Below, piece by piece: positions 1-13,148 of a stretch of DNA of 64,000 nt. The stretch comes from Octopus sinensis (Eukaryota). The stretch covers positions 74,586,001 through 74,650,000 of the forward strand of contig NC_043005.1 of assembly GCF_006345805.1 (NCBI RefSeq). Reading direction: 5' to 3'. Position numbers and translations under genes: made by a program. The notes under the pieces are model-generated. The model was not told the DNA's origin. It searched no databases and saw only the letters and a program-made list of their open reading frames with translations. Each line of letters opens with the position of its first letter. Position 1 is the first letter of the stretch.

Positions 1-440
1 GTAGGGATTTTCATAGAAAAAAAGCACCTTTTTGATGTTAATAATTTTTGGTGTTAACATGGTCTGATTTGAATTTTTTCTTCTATGGAATAAAGAGCAA
101 GCCTTCTTCTATCATACTCTCAGTTTTGGTCAACTTGTGCCACAGGGTCTCAGAGGAGATAGTGTTAGTTGAAGGCTACCAAACCTGCCATACACAAACA
201 ACTTCAGCTTTATATATAGAGATTTGTGGAGACAATAGTAGAATAACTTGGGGTATGAGCACAATCCATTGTGATACAGGTAGAAGGCCTGAAATTTGAA
301 GGGTGGGAGCTAGTCAATTATATCAACTCCAGTACTCAATGGGCACTTATTTCATGAACACTGAAAGGATTGGTGAAAAGCAAAGTCAGCTTCTGCAGAA
401 TGTCAACACATAACGTGAAGAATCCTACTGAGTATTTAGT

Positions 441-742
441 GGAGGCACATGGCCTAGTGGTTAGAGCAGCGGACTCGCAGTTGAGGGATCGTGGGTTCGA
501 ATCTCAGACTGGGCAATGTGTGTGTTTATGAGCAAAACACCTAATCTCCACGCGGCTCCAGCAGAAGGTAGTGGCGAACTTCTGCTGACTCTTTCGCCAC
601 GACTTTCTCTCACTCTTTCCTCCTGCATCTTGCAGCTCACCTGCGACGGACTGGCGTCCCATCCAGGTGGGGGAACCTATACGCCAAGGAAACCAGGAAA
701 CCGGCCCTTATGAGCCAGGTGTGATTCAAGAAGGAACAAACA
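441..742 (+). mobile_element. tRNA-headed SINE with 14-bp TSD
   Basis: A box (TGGCCTAGTGG) and B box (GTTCGAATC). TSD actgagtatttagt at 427-440 and 743-756. Confidence 0.85.
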
Positions 743-1226
743 ACTGAGTATTTAGTCCACTGTGCACACAATTGTTCAAGCTCACAATGAAGACAGTGAC
801 ATTTAACCCCCTCTCTTACTCTTTACACTTTTACTTGTTTCAGTCATTTGACTATGGCCATGCTGGAACACCGCGATACTTTTGTACCCAACACTGCCCT
901 TGGTTCTATGATACAAAGCTTACTTTCTTTAAAATGATCTAAATTAAAACCTTCCATCAAAATTTCACCATTTTTCTTATACTCATTTCAGTCACTGGAC
1001 TGTGGCCATGCTGGGGCACTACTTTGATAGGGTTAGTCAATCAAACTGCCCCCAGCAATTATTTTTAAGTCTTCTACTTATTCCATCAGTCTCATTTGCT
1101 GAACAGCTAAGTTACAGAGCCATAAACAAACTAACACTGGTTGTAAAACAAGTCAACCAAAGCCTTTGAGTGAATTTAATAAGTGGATGTTGAAACGTTG
1201 GCTGATGTATATTTGTGTGTGCTTAT

Positions 1227-1261
<35 letters not shown>

Positions 1262-2017
1262 TCCTTATTTGATATTATGCCTTACTCCAGTGGTTCCCAA
1301 AGTGGGCAGTATTGCTCCCCCTGGGAGCAGCAGAAAGTTCCAAGGGGACATTGAAGAAAAGTGGGGCAATAGTGGGATAGTGATTGATGTAAAAAGTGGG
1401 GCAATAATGGGATAGTGATTCATGTAAAGACAACAAAATAGTGGGTTCATTAGGTTAAATTTTATTTGTGAAATGCAGTTGCTTTGAATTTGCTTCAGAA
1501 AGAGGTCTATGTTTGCGATGGTTCAGAATGTGGCCTGGATGTCAAGGGAGCAGCAGCCCGAAAAAGTTTGGGAGCCACTGCCTTACTCATAACCAAGCAT
1601 CACCATCATGCAAACAGTTTTGTTTGTAATCTTCAATGAAAATGTTTGACGAGTGGGATATATTATCTAGTTTAGATATAGGTGAAGGTTGGTGAAGGGA
1701 AGAGCATCCAGCCATAGTAAAATCAGCCTTTAAAAATCCTGTTTACCTTCTCCAAGCATGCAAAACTAGTGAAATAATGATGAGATGATGATGATGATAT
1801 GTGTGTGCGTGTGCATGAATGCATGAATATGTATATTTATATACACACACACGCATGCACGCACACACACATATATACATATACATACACACATATATAT
1901 TTGTGTGTGTGTCTTATCAAGTGTCATACATAAACTCTTGGACCTCGAGTCACTTTGTAACTTGTGCTGATTAAAGTAAAACATTTCTACCCATGTTTGA
2001 GTGCTATCTTTCCTGTT

Positions 2018-2245
2018 TAACTCTTTAGCATTTAAACCGGCCATATCCGGCCAAAAGTATTCTGCCTGTTTTATGTTCAAACTGGCCAGATCTGGTCTCT
2101 CACACCAACCCTACAATATCGTTTTAAAAATTAACAGCTACCTCAACAAAATCTCATAGCTACAAGATAATGCATGATTAGTTCAAAACAATGTGGATGA
2201 AGAAGCATTAATTTTGGCAGAATAATGCAAACACTAAAGGGTTAA
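2018..2245. mobile_element. MITE family A (TAACCCTTTAGCATT termini)
   Basis: Terminal inverted repeats taac(c/t)ctttagc...ctaaagggtta. Further copies at 2339-2981, 23198-23424 and 25363-25585. Confidence 0.8.
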
Positions 2246-2338
2246 ATCACCAAACCTAAGACTTGTTGGGTACCAATAATACTATTAAACCCATATTGCC
2301 ATATAAAAATAACAGATAAACAACCTATATAATACCTT

Positions 2339-2981
2339 TAACCCTTTAGCATTTAAACCAGCCATATCTGGACTCAAATGTTTTATTTTATGTTCAAACA
2401 GCTACATCTGGCCTCTTAGACCTACTCTACAATGTCATTTTAAAAATAAACAATTACATCATCAAAATCTCAAAACTATGAGATATGCATGATTAATTCA
2501 TCACAATGTGAATAAATAAGCATTGCATTTTACACCAAAAGCCAATATGAGAGTTTCTCTCGTGGTATCTACCACAGTATAGTTTGTTCCAATAGGACAT
2601 CCACATTTAAGTGGGTATAAATCACCGTGATCACTGTGACTGACCAGGCTATCAGATGTTGCTACACATCGCTGGTCACAATGCGCTTCACATTGCTTTA
2701 GCTTTCAAATGACGCCACCCTGCTGGCTAAGCGAGCAGGCCAACAGAAGAAAGAGTGAGAGAAAGTTGTGGCAAAAGAGTACAGCAGGGATCGCCACCAC
2801 ACCTGCTGGAGCCTCGTGGAGCTTTAGGTGTTTTCACTCAATAAACACTCACAACGCCCGGTCTGGGAGTCGAAACCACAATCCTACAACTGCGAGTCCG
2901 CTGCCCTAACCACTGGGCCATTGCGCCTCCACAAGTAGGTATAAATATTACCTCAAAGTAATCTAAATGCTAAAGGATTAA
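2339..2981. mobile_element. MITE family A copy interrupted by a SINE
   Basis: Left TIR at 2339 and right TIR at about 2967-2981, with the SINE 2623-2932 inside. Confidence 0.75.
2623..2932 (-). mobile_element. tRNA-headed SINE (same head as 441-742, different tail) nested in a MITE
   Basis: Shares the head and middle with 441-742. TSD aagt(g/a)ggtataaat at 2609-2622 and 2933-2946. Confidence 0.85.
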
Positions 2982-4720
2982 CATGGATATGGACATTAGT
3001 ATTTAGTACCAATGGAATAAATTCTCACCCCTTCTGCCAATCCTTATCAACTCAGGCTGCTACAACTTCATTTAACCTTAAGTATGTTTAATATATTTGA
3101 ACTTAATCATAATATAAAAATAGATAATAGATCAAATTTATTGCTTTATAATATTCACGATGATAATATAATTAAGCCTAAGAAATCTACATAAATAACT
3201 TCAAAGTAATAATGATAGTCTATGCAAATGTATAAACTCTGAATTTCATCTTCTTCAGCATATGTTAGCCTATCGTTGTAAACATTAATTTAATAATGAT
3301 GTCGAATTGAATAATAAAATTGATTATAATATTAAATTACTATCCTTTTAAAATCTTGAAATGGATTATATATTATTTGGGAGAGACAAAAACAACAATA
3401 TATGTGTTTTTATGATGTGGGTATGTATGTGGTGAAGTGTGTATTGGAGTATATGTGGAGAATATTTTGAGCAAAATACATTACAATACACATTTATATA
3501 GTTGTGATACTTGTGCCGGCGGCATGTAAAAGGTACCATCTGAACGTGGCCAATGCCAGCGTCGCCTTGACTGGCTTCTGTGCCGGTGGCACATGATCTT
3601 CTGTGCTTGAGGAGACCTATTGAGTCAAGTACATCAACATCAAAATAAATATCAAATGGAAATTGTAGTGGTGATACCTGTGCTGGTGGCACGTAAAAAG
3701 CACCATCCAAATGTGGCCCATGCCAGCCTCCCTTGGCACCTGTGCCGGTGGCACATAAAAAGCACCAACTACACTCATGGAGTGGTTGGCTTTAGGAAGG
3801 GCATCCAGCTGTAGAAACACTGCCAGATCAGACTGGAGCCTGGTGCAGCCACCTGGCTTCCCAGACCCCAGTTGAACCATCCAACCCATGCTAGCATGGA
3901 AAATGGACATTAAACGATGATGATGATTTCATTTCTAACATCCTTCATTATATGCTTACTGTTTAATGAAATACTGGTTTCGAATTTTGGCACAAGGCCA
4001 GCAAGTTTGGTAGAGGGTCTAGTCAATTATATTGACCCCAGTATTTATTTTATTGACTCCAAAAGGATAAAAGACAAAGATGACCTATGCAGAATTTGAA
4101 CACAGAACATAAAGATAGATGAAATATCACTAAGCAATTTGCCCAGCACGCTAACAATTCTGCCAGCTTGTTGTCTTGTTGTTTAATGAAATGTTCAGAC
4201 ATTGTATTTTTTTTCTTTAATGAAATTCTTATTTTCTCTATATTCTTTTTTGATTACTATTATCTATAGTACCCCTGAGGGGTACGAGCAGGCAAAGCCA
4301 TTAACATGCCAGACAAAATGTTTAGCGGCATTTTGTCTGTCTTTACAGTTTGAGTTCAAATTCCACCAAAGTCGACTTTGCCTTTCATCTTTTTGGAGGG
4401 TCAATGAAACAAGTACCACTTTAGCACTGGAGTTGATGTAATCAACCAGACCCCTCTCACAAAAAATTTCAGCCCTTTTACTTATAGTAGAAAGGATTAT
4501 CTAAAGCATCCCTAAGGTAGCAAACTGGCAGAATTGTTAGAGTACTGCATTATTTCTTCTGACTCGTTACATCCTGAATTCAAATTCTGCTGAGGTTGAC
4601 TTAGCCTTTTGGCCTTTTCAGGTCAATAAAATAAGCACTAGTTGAGCACTGCAATCCATGTGATCAACAAACTCCCTCTACCTAAAACTGCTGGTCTTGT
4701 GCCAAAATTTGAAACCATTA

Positions 4721-4885
4721 CTCTTTTACTTGTTTCAGTCATTTGACAGTGGCCATGCTGGGGCACCGCCTTTAGTCAAGCAAATCGACCCCAGGACTTA
4801 TTCTTTGTAAGCCTAGTACTTATTCTATTGGTCTCTTTTGCCGAACTGCTAAGTTACGGGTACGTAAACAAACAAACTTATACAT

Positions 4886-4930
<45 letters not shown>

Positions 4931-5068
4931 CATATATACATATATACGACAGGCTTCTTTCAGTTCTGTCTACCAAATCCACTCACAAGGCTTTGGTCGG
5001 CTCGAGGCTATAGTAGAAGACACTAACCCAAGGTGTCATGCAGTGGGATTTGAACCCAGAACCATGTG
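4721..5068 (-). mobile_element. Major SINE copy
   Basis: Same consensus as 28061-28466, 5' truncated. Confidence 0.85.
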
Positions 5069-5611
5069 CCTGACTGTAAATTTTCTTGATATATATTTTT
5101 TCTCTAACTTCTCAAGATCTCTTCCTCTTTCTTTTCCGTGAAGTACAATCTGTCAACATCTGCTTGTGAATGTAAATTTTCTTGCCTTTTTTCTCTAACT
5201 TCTCAATATCTTCCTTTGTCTATTTGATTATTCCAGCACTGCACCTGATGATGAATATTGTCCCTGAGTTTATGGCAGTGATGGTATTTATGTGACTGAG
5301 TTTGAATTTTGATATCTTCATTGCCCTTCAGAAATATTCTCTCTTGTTTTTCATTCTTCTACTCTTTATATCATCAGCTTCCTGGATCCATTGATATTTT
5401 GATCTATTAACCATCATCATCATTATCGTGTCCGTATCATTATTGTGTTTAATTACTTGGTTATGAATACAATAATTACTATTGATATTTATAATCAAAT
5501 AATTAAAGATTAACAAAGTGATTACAATCATAACTGTACATGTTTAATTATCAGCAGAAATTGATATTTTAAAATGCAATAATTTTTTCGTTTTCCAATG
5601 CTGACACATAC

Positions 5612-5716
5612 ATGGTACTGTGGTTAAAAAGATTGTTTTGCAACCATGTGCAATACCTAGGACAAGTGTTTTCCGTTGTGGCCCCAAGCCAACCAGTGTC
5701 AGGTTCATGAATTTGG
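5612..5716 (-). CDS. Probable downstream exon (QIHEPDTGWLGATTENTCPRYCTWLQNNLFNHST)
   Basis: Acceptor attcttttag, donor AT|gtatgt, 105 nt, phase 2-2. Joins exon 14 in frame (TG+C = Cys) and has a CPxxC motif. Confidence 0.6.
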
Positions 5717-5741
5717 CTAAAAGAATCTTTGTAGAAGTCAT

Positions 5742-5776
<35 letters not shown>

Positions 5777-5911
5777 TTCCATATTTCTGACAAAGAACTC
5801 CACTCGGAATGTTAAATCCTCATTCTTTCTTTCCTTTCCTGAGCGTCCAATAACACTATACTTATTCCACATCCTCACGCTGTTGTGTTTTCTCTTTGTT
5901 CACATTTGGAT

Positions 5912-5957
<46 letters not shown>

Positions 5958-5959
5958 TA

Positions 5960-6330
5960 TCATCATCATCATCATCATTTAGCGTCCGCTTTCCATGCTA
6001 GCATGGGTTGGACAGGTCAACTGGGGTCTGTGAAGCTGGAAGGCTTCGTCAGGCCCAGTCAGATCTGGCAGTGTTTCTACGGCTGGATGCCCTTCCTAAC
6101 GCCAACCACTCCGCGAGTGTAGTGGGTGTTTTTTACGTGCCACCTGCACAGGTGCCAGACAGAGCTGGCGAACGGCCACGAACGGATGGTGCTTTTATGT
6201 GTCACCGGCACGGGGCCAGGCGATGCTGGCAACGGAACACGAACGGATGGTGCTTTTACGTGCCACCGACACGGGGCCAGACAGAGCTGGCAAACAGCCA
6301 CGAACGGACGGTGCTTTTACGTGTCAGGGT
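5960..6330 (-). mobile_element. (GAT)n-tailed interspersed repeat family
   Basis: catcatcat...gtttaacgtccgctttccatgctagcatgggttgg motif. Copies at about 3520-3925, 12415-12610, 19538-19705, 31381-31600 and 34305-34520. Confidence 0.8.
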
Positions 6331-6571
6331 TGGCCAAAAGTCACCTTAGAGTAAATCAAAATTCCATAGATACTTAATATTCAATTTTTATTTATTCATT
6401 CCAATTATGAATATTTAATTATTGAATATTGTGAGTTAAAATCACCATTTGTTTTTCAACATTTGTCTATTTATTAGCAAAGTTTCATATAAAATAATTT
6501 TTTGTTTTAATCTTGGAATTAAATGGACTTTGATTTACACTCAGGTGACTTTTGGCCAACTCTGTATGAGT

Positions 6572-6632
<61 letters not shown>

Positions 6633-6840
6633 TATATATATATATACACACACACACATAAAAGTTATGGCTGGACATAGAGTGACCATTGGTTTCACAC
6701 CCATAAAACACTTAGTAGTAGAGGCAACTCATAAGACTTGGCCATTTTGAGTTGCGTATGCTGCTAAGTGCTTTATAGGTGCAAAAGTAATGGTCACTCT
6801 ATGACTGACCATAACTTTTAACTTCTTAAAAATATATTAC

Positions 6841-6885
6841 TGCACTAATGCTTTAGGATGTGCTTCTTTTTGGATATATGAACAA
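6841..6885 (-). CDS. Candidate 45-nt exon (CSYIQKEAHPKALV)
   Basis: Acceptor tattgtcag, donor CA|gtaata, phase 2-2. The frame is open and compatible with exon 14 and the 5.7-kb exon. Confidence 0.4.
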
Positions 6886-6891
6886 CTGACA

Positions 6892-6933
<42 letters not shown>

Positions 6934-8166
6934 CATAAAAAATCATATATCAGAAAGACGTACATGTAGTGTAGACTCTATATATATGTGCATTTTAATG
7001 TAGCAGGAACCAACTAGCCTTCAGCCACTGTTTGTATCCCATTGTGCCACTACTCTGACTGGTTGGTATTGGCACAATTTGTCTCTTACTCTGTTGTGCC
7101 AACTAACTGCGGATAGCTAATCAGAGACTTTAGATAGCATCATGTGAAGAACCTTTTCTGAACCCTATCTCAAGCCTATTACTTTCTATAAAAACCCAAC
7201 TTATTCCTCAATACACGTCTTTCAGTTCCAGACCATTTTAGGTCTAGCCACTGACCACACAAAACACAACCAGTTCCAGTGACAACACCACAGCAGCCAT
7301 GTTGAGACTTACCAGCTTCGTCCAGCAACATTATGGCAGTCTCCTTCTTCATCGCCACTATCATGTTTTCAACATCGTCAACATCATTTCTCTACATACA
7401 CAGCTCAGCAAGCAACACACCCGGGTTTCAACACTTCACCATTTGTGACTTACTTCACCATGGATCAACAACAAATATACAACCTGCATGAACTCCTGTA
7501 TCAAGTGACCCAGGCAGCAGTATCACAGCCACGACTTCTCATATGACATGTACCTGCAACCAGCTCAGCATCATGACCGCGACTTCTTGATACAGTATTT
7601 CAACTACCACGTACAACTGACTACAAACTGGTATTCTCATTCTTGTGTCTATGAACTTCTCACTTCAATGGCTATAGACTCTTTCAGTCCTCTTCCTCCA
7701 ACTCTTCTACTGAGGTATAACCTATCAACATCTGCCCATGAGCGCATATTTTCTTGATATTTTTTTTCTCTAACTTCAAGATCTCTTCCTCTGTCTTTTC
7801 CATGAAGTACAATCTGTCATTGCTATAGTTACTTAACACACACACACATATACTTTATTCTCATGACGCCCTGTCTATTATTCTGTATACATGATGCACA
7901 CACAGACACACATTATTACATCAATAAATCTTTTCTTAATCATTCTATGTGATCTCCTTTTTCTCTCTAGCAAATAATTGTACCATTCAAATTAAATATT
8001 TGAATAGTACAAATATTTAATTGTACCATTAAATATTTGGTACAATTAAATATTAAATTGTAACAAATAAATATTTGGTACAATATTTCTTGTACCAAAT
8101 ATGTACAATAAATACTGTATTTATACAATATTTATTGTATAAATATATATATTTATACAAACTCAC

Positions 8167-8224
8167 CGTGTGATGTACTAAAGAGCTATTCTCATCACCT
8201 CGCATAACATGGTCCTCACACACA
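8167..8224 (-). CDS. Candidate exon (CVCEDHVMRGDENSSLVHHT)
   Basis: GC-richer island in very AT-rich DNA, with donor ACG|gtgagt. It fits after exon 14 only through the second AG of tttagAG, and its phase-0 end has no identified partner exon. Confidence 0.35.
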
Positions 8225-8806
8225 CTCTAAAGAATAGGCGAGTAATTATTACAAAAAAAAATTTGTATCTTGGACATAAAGTTACCCAAGGTTTTGCATC
8301 CACAAAGCAAACCCTTGTGGACAGCTCATCAGACTCAATATAAATACCCTGTATATTTATTTAAAGTCTGACAAGCTGTCCACAAGGCTTTGCTTTGTGG
8401 ATGCAAAACCCTGGGTAACTATGTCCAAGATATACAATTTTTGTTGTAATATATATATGCAAAGACAGATGTCACAGAAATAAATAGACAGGCCCTCATC
8501 ATACCATTTTTATTGATATGGACATTACATGGTGCTTCAAACTTGTTAATGTGTTATTATTTTCCATTTCCAATTAATGTATAGAATGGTTCAGCAAAAG
8601 AGACCAACAGAATAAATAACAAGCTTAAAATGAGCACAGGGATCAAATTATTCAACTAAACCCTTCAATGAGGTACCCCAGTATGACTACAGTCCAAAGA
8701 CTGAAACAAATAAGAGATAAAAGATGCATCATTTGGTATTAAGCTTTAGGGGTTAAGTAAAACACTTTCTTGAACTTGAAATAAAGAGAATATAAAACAT
8801 ACTTAC

Positions 8807-8927
8807 CAACTTTCACATCCACTTTTCTCCAAGGTACCAATTGGATAGGCTCGTTGATCATTTCCTCTGTAGCAAGGACAGTCTCCTCTATGGACACAAG
8901 ATGATGTTGACGTATCCCAAAGTGTGC
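8807..8927 (-). CDS. Exon 14 (TIL end and start of E/VWC-like module)
   Basis: 121 nt, phase 1-2, ttattaaag/gtaagt. Encodes GTLWDTSTSSCVHRGDCPCYRGNDQRAYPIGTLEKSGCES. Confidence 0.9.
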
Positions 8928-10155
8928 CTTTAATAAAATAAGACAAATATTCATATAATATATGCAGGTATATATGTATTCTTTTACTTGTTTCAGTCAT
9001 AAGACTGTGGCAATGTTGCAGCACTGCTTTGAAGAATTTTAGTCAAACACGTCAACTACAGGACCTTTTTTTTAAAGCTAAGGAGAGATAAACAAACGAA
9101 CACCAGTTGTCAAGCAGTGGTGAGGAGCAAACACAGAGACACAAACACACACACATATATATATATGTATATAACTAAACAACTTGGAGTCAACAAAGAG
9201 GCATACAGTCGGACACTTATTCAGTTATCTATTCACACACTACAGATGCCCCAATGCAAACCTGACAGTACATATAATACTACTACTGGATAGCACCAGG
9301 ACAAGCTTTATGCTGTAATCAACTACATTATTAACAGCTGTAGAAACATTGCCAGATCAGATTGGAACCTAGTACAGCTGCTGGCTCTCCAGACCTGAAA
9401 CAAACCGTCCAACCCATACCAGCATGGAAAACAGACGTTAAATGATGACAATGATGATGATGATATACATACAATAGGCTTCTTTCAGTTTTGGTCAGCC
9501 TGTGGATATAGAAGAAGGCACTTGCCCAAGGTTCCCCACAGTGGGATTGAACTTAGAACCAAGTTGGAAAGCGAACTTCTTACCGCACAGCCATGCCTGT
9601 GCCTATATATATGTATGTGTGAATAAAAGTTAAGTTTATTGAGCCATAAGTGCAGTAATGAAATATGCTTAGTGGGTGCAAACCTAGGTTCAATTTGGTA
9701 GATGAAAGCTGTATGGATGCCAGTCAAATATATGTATGTGTGTCTGTCTATGAGAGAGAGAGAGGGTGTGTGTGTGTGTGTACATGCCTTTGTGCTTGTC
9801 CTCATATCTCTTGACAACCAATCTCGGTTTGTTTACAGGTCTGTCTCTGTAACTTAGTGGTTTGCTAGAAGACTGATAAAACAAGTAGCAGACATTATTA
9901 GAATAAGTGCTGAGATCAATTTGTTTGACTAAAGTGTTCAAAGTGTGGCTCCAGCATGGCCACAGTCCAATGGATGAAACAAGAAGTAATTTCTCTAGTT
10001 ACCATCAATTATACTTTATAAAATGACTTTAGCTAAAGTGCCATAGTCTTAGTAAAGTACTGCAACATTCTGCAGCAATAAAATTCTGTTGGGATTTTTT
10101 TTTTTTTTTAACCACTGTCCTTTGTTAATCAAAAAAACCTATTTGTTAAAATCAC

Positions 10156-10284
10156 CTTCTTTGCAGAAACAGCCATCAACACAAAATTCTTCACATTCTG
10201 CTTCAAAGCCTTCACTACCACAAGACTGACGACAGTTCTTACTGCATTCTTTGAAAACCATGTTCTTTGGACAGGCATGAGGAG
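10156..10284 (-). CDS. Exon 13 (TIL domain)
   Basis: 129 nt, phase 1-1, cttatttcag/gtgatt. Encodes PHACPKNMVFKECSKNCRQSCGSEGFEAECEEFCVDGCFCKE. Confidence 0.92.
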
Positions 10285-11240
10285 CTGAAATAAGAAATAC
10301 AAAATACTGTAGATTTAAAAAATTTTAATTAAATTAATGCTTTAATCAATAGATTTCTTTATGTAAATATTTAACAACTATCTCTTTCCTGGTTAAGATT
10401 TGAAAACCCAAACAATTTATTCCTTCATTAGCACAAAGATACAATCGGTGCTTATAGCAAGGAAACAATCTTATACTTCACCCTTTCTGGCATTGTACAA
10501 TCTGCAATGAAAACCCGAAAAGTTCCTACAATTGTGAGGCCTCAATCTTTTACAATCAGTCCTGATAACCCCTACTTACATAAATAACATTGCAAACAGC
10601 GCATTCCAAAGATTAGTCTTTCTCATAAAGTCAGAATTAATTTCAGCTCTATTCTGTTTTTGACCCCTACAAGGTTCAGATAAAATTCCCACTGAATTAT
10701 TGCACCCACATTTGCAATGATGCCAGCTCCCCACTCAAAACACCCAAACTGCTGACCCACAGACATGTTCTTGTCTCCCCTTCAACAACGACTTCTCTCC
10801 TTCAGATCTATGAAGCTGCACACCACCTCAACTCATATCTATCAAATACATCCATCTTTCTTCCTTTCATTATCTCTTACTCTGCTTTAGTTTATATCCT
10901 GCCTCTGCTTCAGTTCCTGGTCCCACTCCTGGTTTCACTCCTGCTCCCACTCCCAGTCCCACTCCTGTTCTCACTCTGCTTCAGTTCCAAATTGAAGCCA
11001 GTTCATTAATACTACTAATAATTTAGGGAAAGATACGAACATCACAACTTCCCACCACTCTCTAATATGGTTTATTAAATGAACCAAGAAGGAAGGCTTT
11101 ATGTGGTTGATCAACCAATTAGAAATAGCAAGCAAATCCCCCTCAAATCACCTGTTTTAAAACAAAGGATGCTGCTGTCCATATTTTCAGGCAATGTACT
11201 ATATTGGGATCAAGGTGGTATGGTCACAGCTGAGAAGGTG

Positions 11241-11470
11241 GCAAGCTGGCAGAATCGTTAGCACGCCGGGCGAAATGCGTAGCCATATTTCGTCTGCCAT
11301 TACGTTCTGAGTTCAAATTCCACCAAGGTTGACTTTGCCTTTCATCCTTTCGGAGTCGATAAATTAAGTACCAGTTATGCACTGGGGTCGATGTAATCAA
11401 CTTAATCCATTTGTCTGTCATTGTTTGTCCCCTTTGTGTTTAGCCCCTTGTGGGTAGTAAAGAAATAGTT
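11241..11470 (+). mobile_element. Second abundant SINE-like family (ggcggcgagctggcagaa...gagttcaaattcc...)
   Basis: Near-identical copies at 49693-49920 (+), 54475-54701 (-), a cluster at 43250-43750 (-), and many fragments. Confidence 0.8.
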
Positions 11471-11568
11471 ATGGTCACAGCTGTGATTCCAATGGTTGTA
11501 AGTCTATACTCAATCAGAGCTACCTAGGGCTGTAAACTAAACAAGGTATTTCAATAAAAATTACTCAC

Positions 11569-11809
11569 GGCAAAATGTATTTGATCTCCATTTCATGATT
11601 TTACCATGATGACTACAAGCTCTAGCATACTGCGTGGCTACCTCACATCGCTTATGGCTGCATTCTTGAAGACTATTCTTCAGCAAACAAGTGCACATTT
11701 CACGACTGCACATTGCAATATATTCATCAGGTGGAACGGTACTATGACATTTTTTGAAAACCACGTAGTCAAGACTAAAAACCGAACAAAAGGCTTCAAC
11801 GTTGTCTGC
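11569..11809 (-). CDS. Exon 12 (C8 domain)
   Basis: 241 nt, phase 0-1, cataacag/gtgagt. Encodes ADNVEAFCSVFSLDYVVFKKCHSTVPPDEYIAMCSREMCTC...CEVATQYARACSHHGKIMKWRSNTFC. Confidence 0.92.
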
Positions 11810-12888
11810 CTGTTATGAAAAATATTAGGAAACAAAAATTACAGAATTTAAATATAATCATCATCAAAAAATGCATTCATCATCATCATCATCGTTTAAC
11901 ATCCGCTTTCCATGCTAGCATGGGTTGGACGATTTGACTGAGGTCTGGTGAACCAGATGGCTGCACCAGGCTCCATTATTATTCAAAAAGGTGAAAATAT
12001 TTACTCTTCACCTTTTACTTGTTTCGGTCATTAGACTGCAGTCATGCTGGAGCACTGCTTTGAAAAATTTTTAGTTAAATGAATTTTTTTATGGCTTAAT
12101 CAGAGGATGATAAGGTTTCTGAGATTTATGGGGAAGAAGGAAGCAAGATCTCCTCATAATGAAGACTTGGTGAAACGTTTGCATCATGATGAGTTCTGCT
12201 AAAGGCACACCTGCCCATAACTCAACTGAACACAGAGTTCAATATTTGAGCAATCTAAGGTGGCAAGCTAGCAGAGTCATTAGCATGTTGGGCAAAATGC
12301 TCAGCAGCATTTCATCTGTCCTTACATTCTGAGTTCAAATTCTGCCACGGTCAACTTTGCCTTTCATCCTTTCAGGGTCAATAAAATGAGTACAATCAAT
12401 GTATATAACTTTATCATCATCATCATCATCATCATCGTTTAACGTCCGATTTCCATGCTAGCATGGGTTGGATGGTTCAACTGGGGTCTGGGAAGCCAGA
12501 AGGCTGCGCCAGGCCCAGTCTGATCTGGCAGTATTTCTACAACTGGATGCCCTTCCTAATGCCAACCACTCCATGAGTGTAGTGGGTGCTTTTTACGTGC
12601 CACCTGCACGTAAAATAAACTTATTTATTTAATTAACTTATTTATGTCCTCCCCTGACATTGCTGGTCTTGTGCTAAAATTTGAAATGAATATTTGGGGA
12701 ATCTGCTCATGAAAAGGCTGCTTTTATTAGTGAGGTATGTGAAATAGCTTGGCCAAGATCAAAGCTTGGTCTGAGCTTCAGATGTTCAATTTGCTGGGAA
12801 CATATCAACAATGTTACATCACCAGTAATTTTTACACATACAAACTATTAAATGTGAAAACCTAAAAATGATTGCTGATAAAACTTAC

Positions 12889-13148
12889 TGCTTTTGAAAA
12901 CTTATTCCGCAGTCTGACACAAGGATGGACTGAATCTTCTTTCACAGCTGGAATTGTTCGTTGTTCCATTGGGTCAAGCCAGACATTGCTGAAATCTGCT
13001 TTAGTGGCAACTGGCTTCCTTACATAGTTTACAAATTCGTTGGTTTTATTTCCATCAAATTGGCCACATAAACCACACAGTTTACCCAACATTTGTGGCG
13101 GAGCAAAGGCATAAACACTGCTTAGTCCATCATATAATATTATAAGAT
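12889..13148 (-). CDS. Exon 11 (VWD end)
   Basis: 260 nt, phase 1-0, ttttccccag/gtaagt. Encodes DLIILYDGLSSVYAFAPPQMLGKLCGLCGQFDGNKTNEF...FSNVWLDP...HPCVRLRNKFSKA and contains the CGLCGxFDG VWD motif. Confidence 0.93.

Noticed and set aside
48-299. 83-aa ORF and a possible minus-strand acceptor at about 290
   Set aside because: The acceptor lies within a SINE start, frames close quickly, and there is no domain signature.
1927-2012. Possible exon KDSTQTWVEMFYFNQ... on the minus strand
   Set aside because: Its acceptor lies in a MITE terminus with no pyrimidine tract, and the peptide has no cysteine-module pattern.
7311-7390. Exon-like segment RNDVDDVENMIVAMKK... with a gtaagt donor
   Set aside because: It sits in what appears to be a decayed repeat remnant, and its phase and composition do not fit the Cys-rich gene.
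8496-8532. 37-nt possible micro-exon (aag/gtatga)
   Set aside because: The acceptor is weak, and including it still leaves the downstream phase unresolved.
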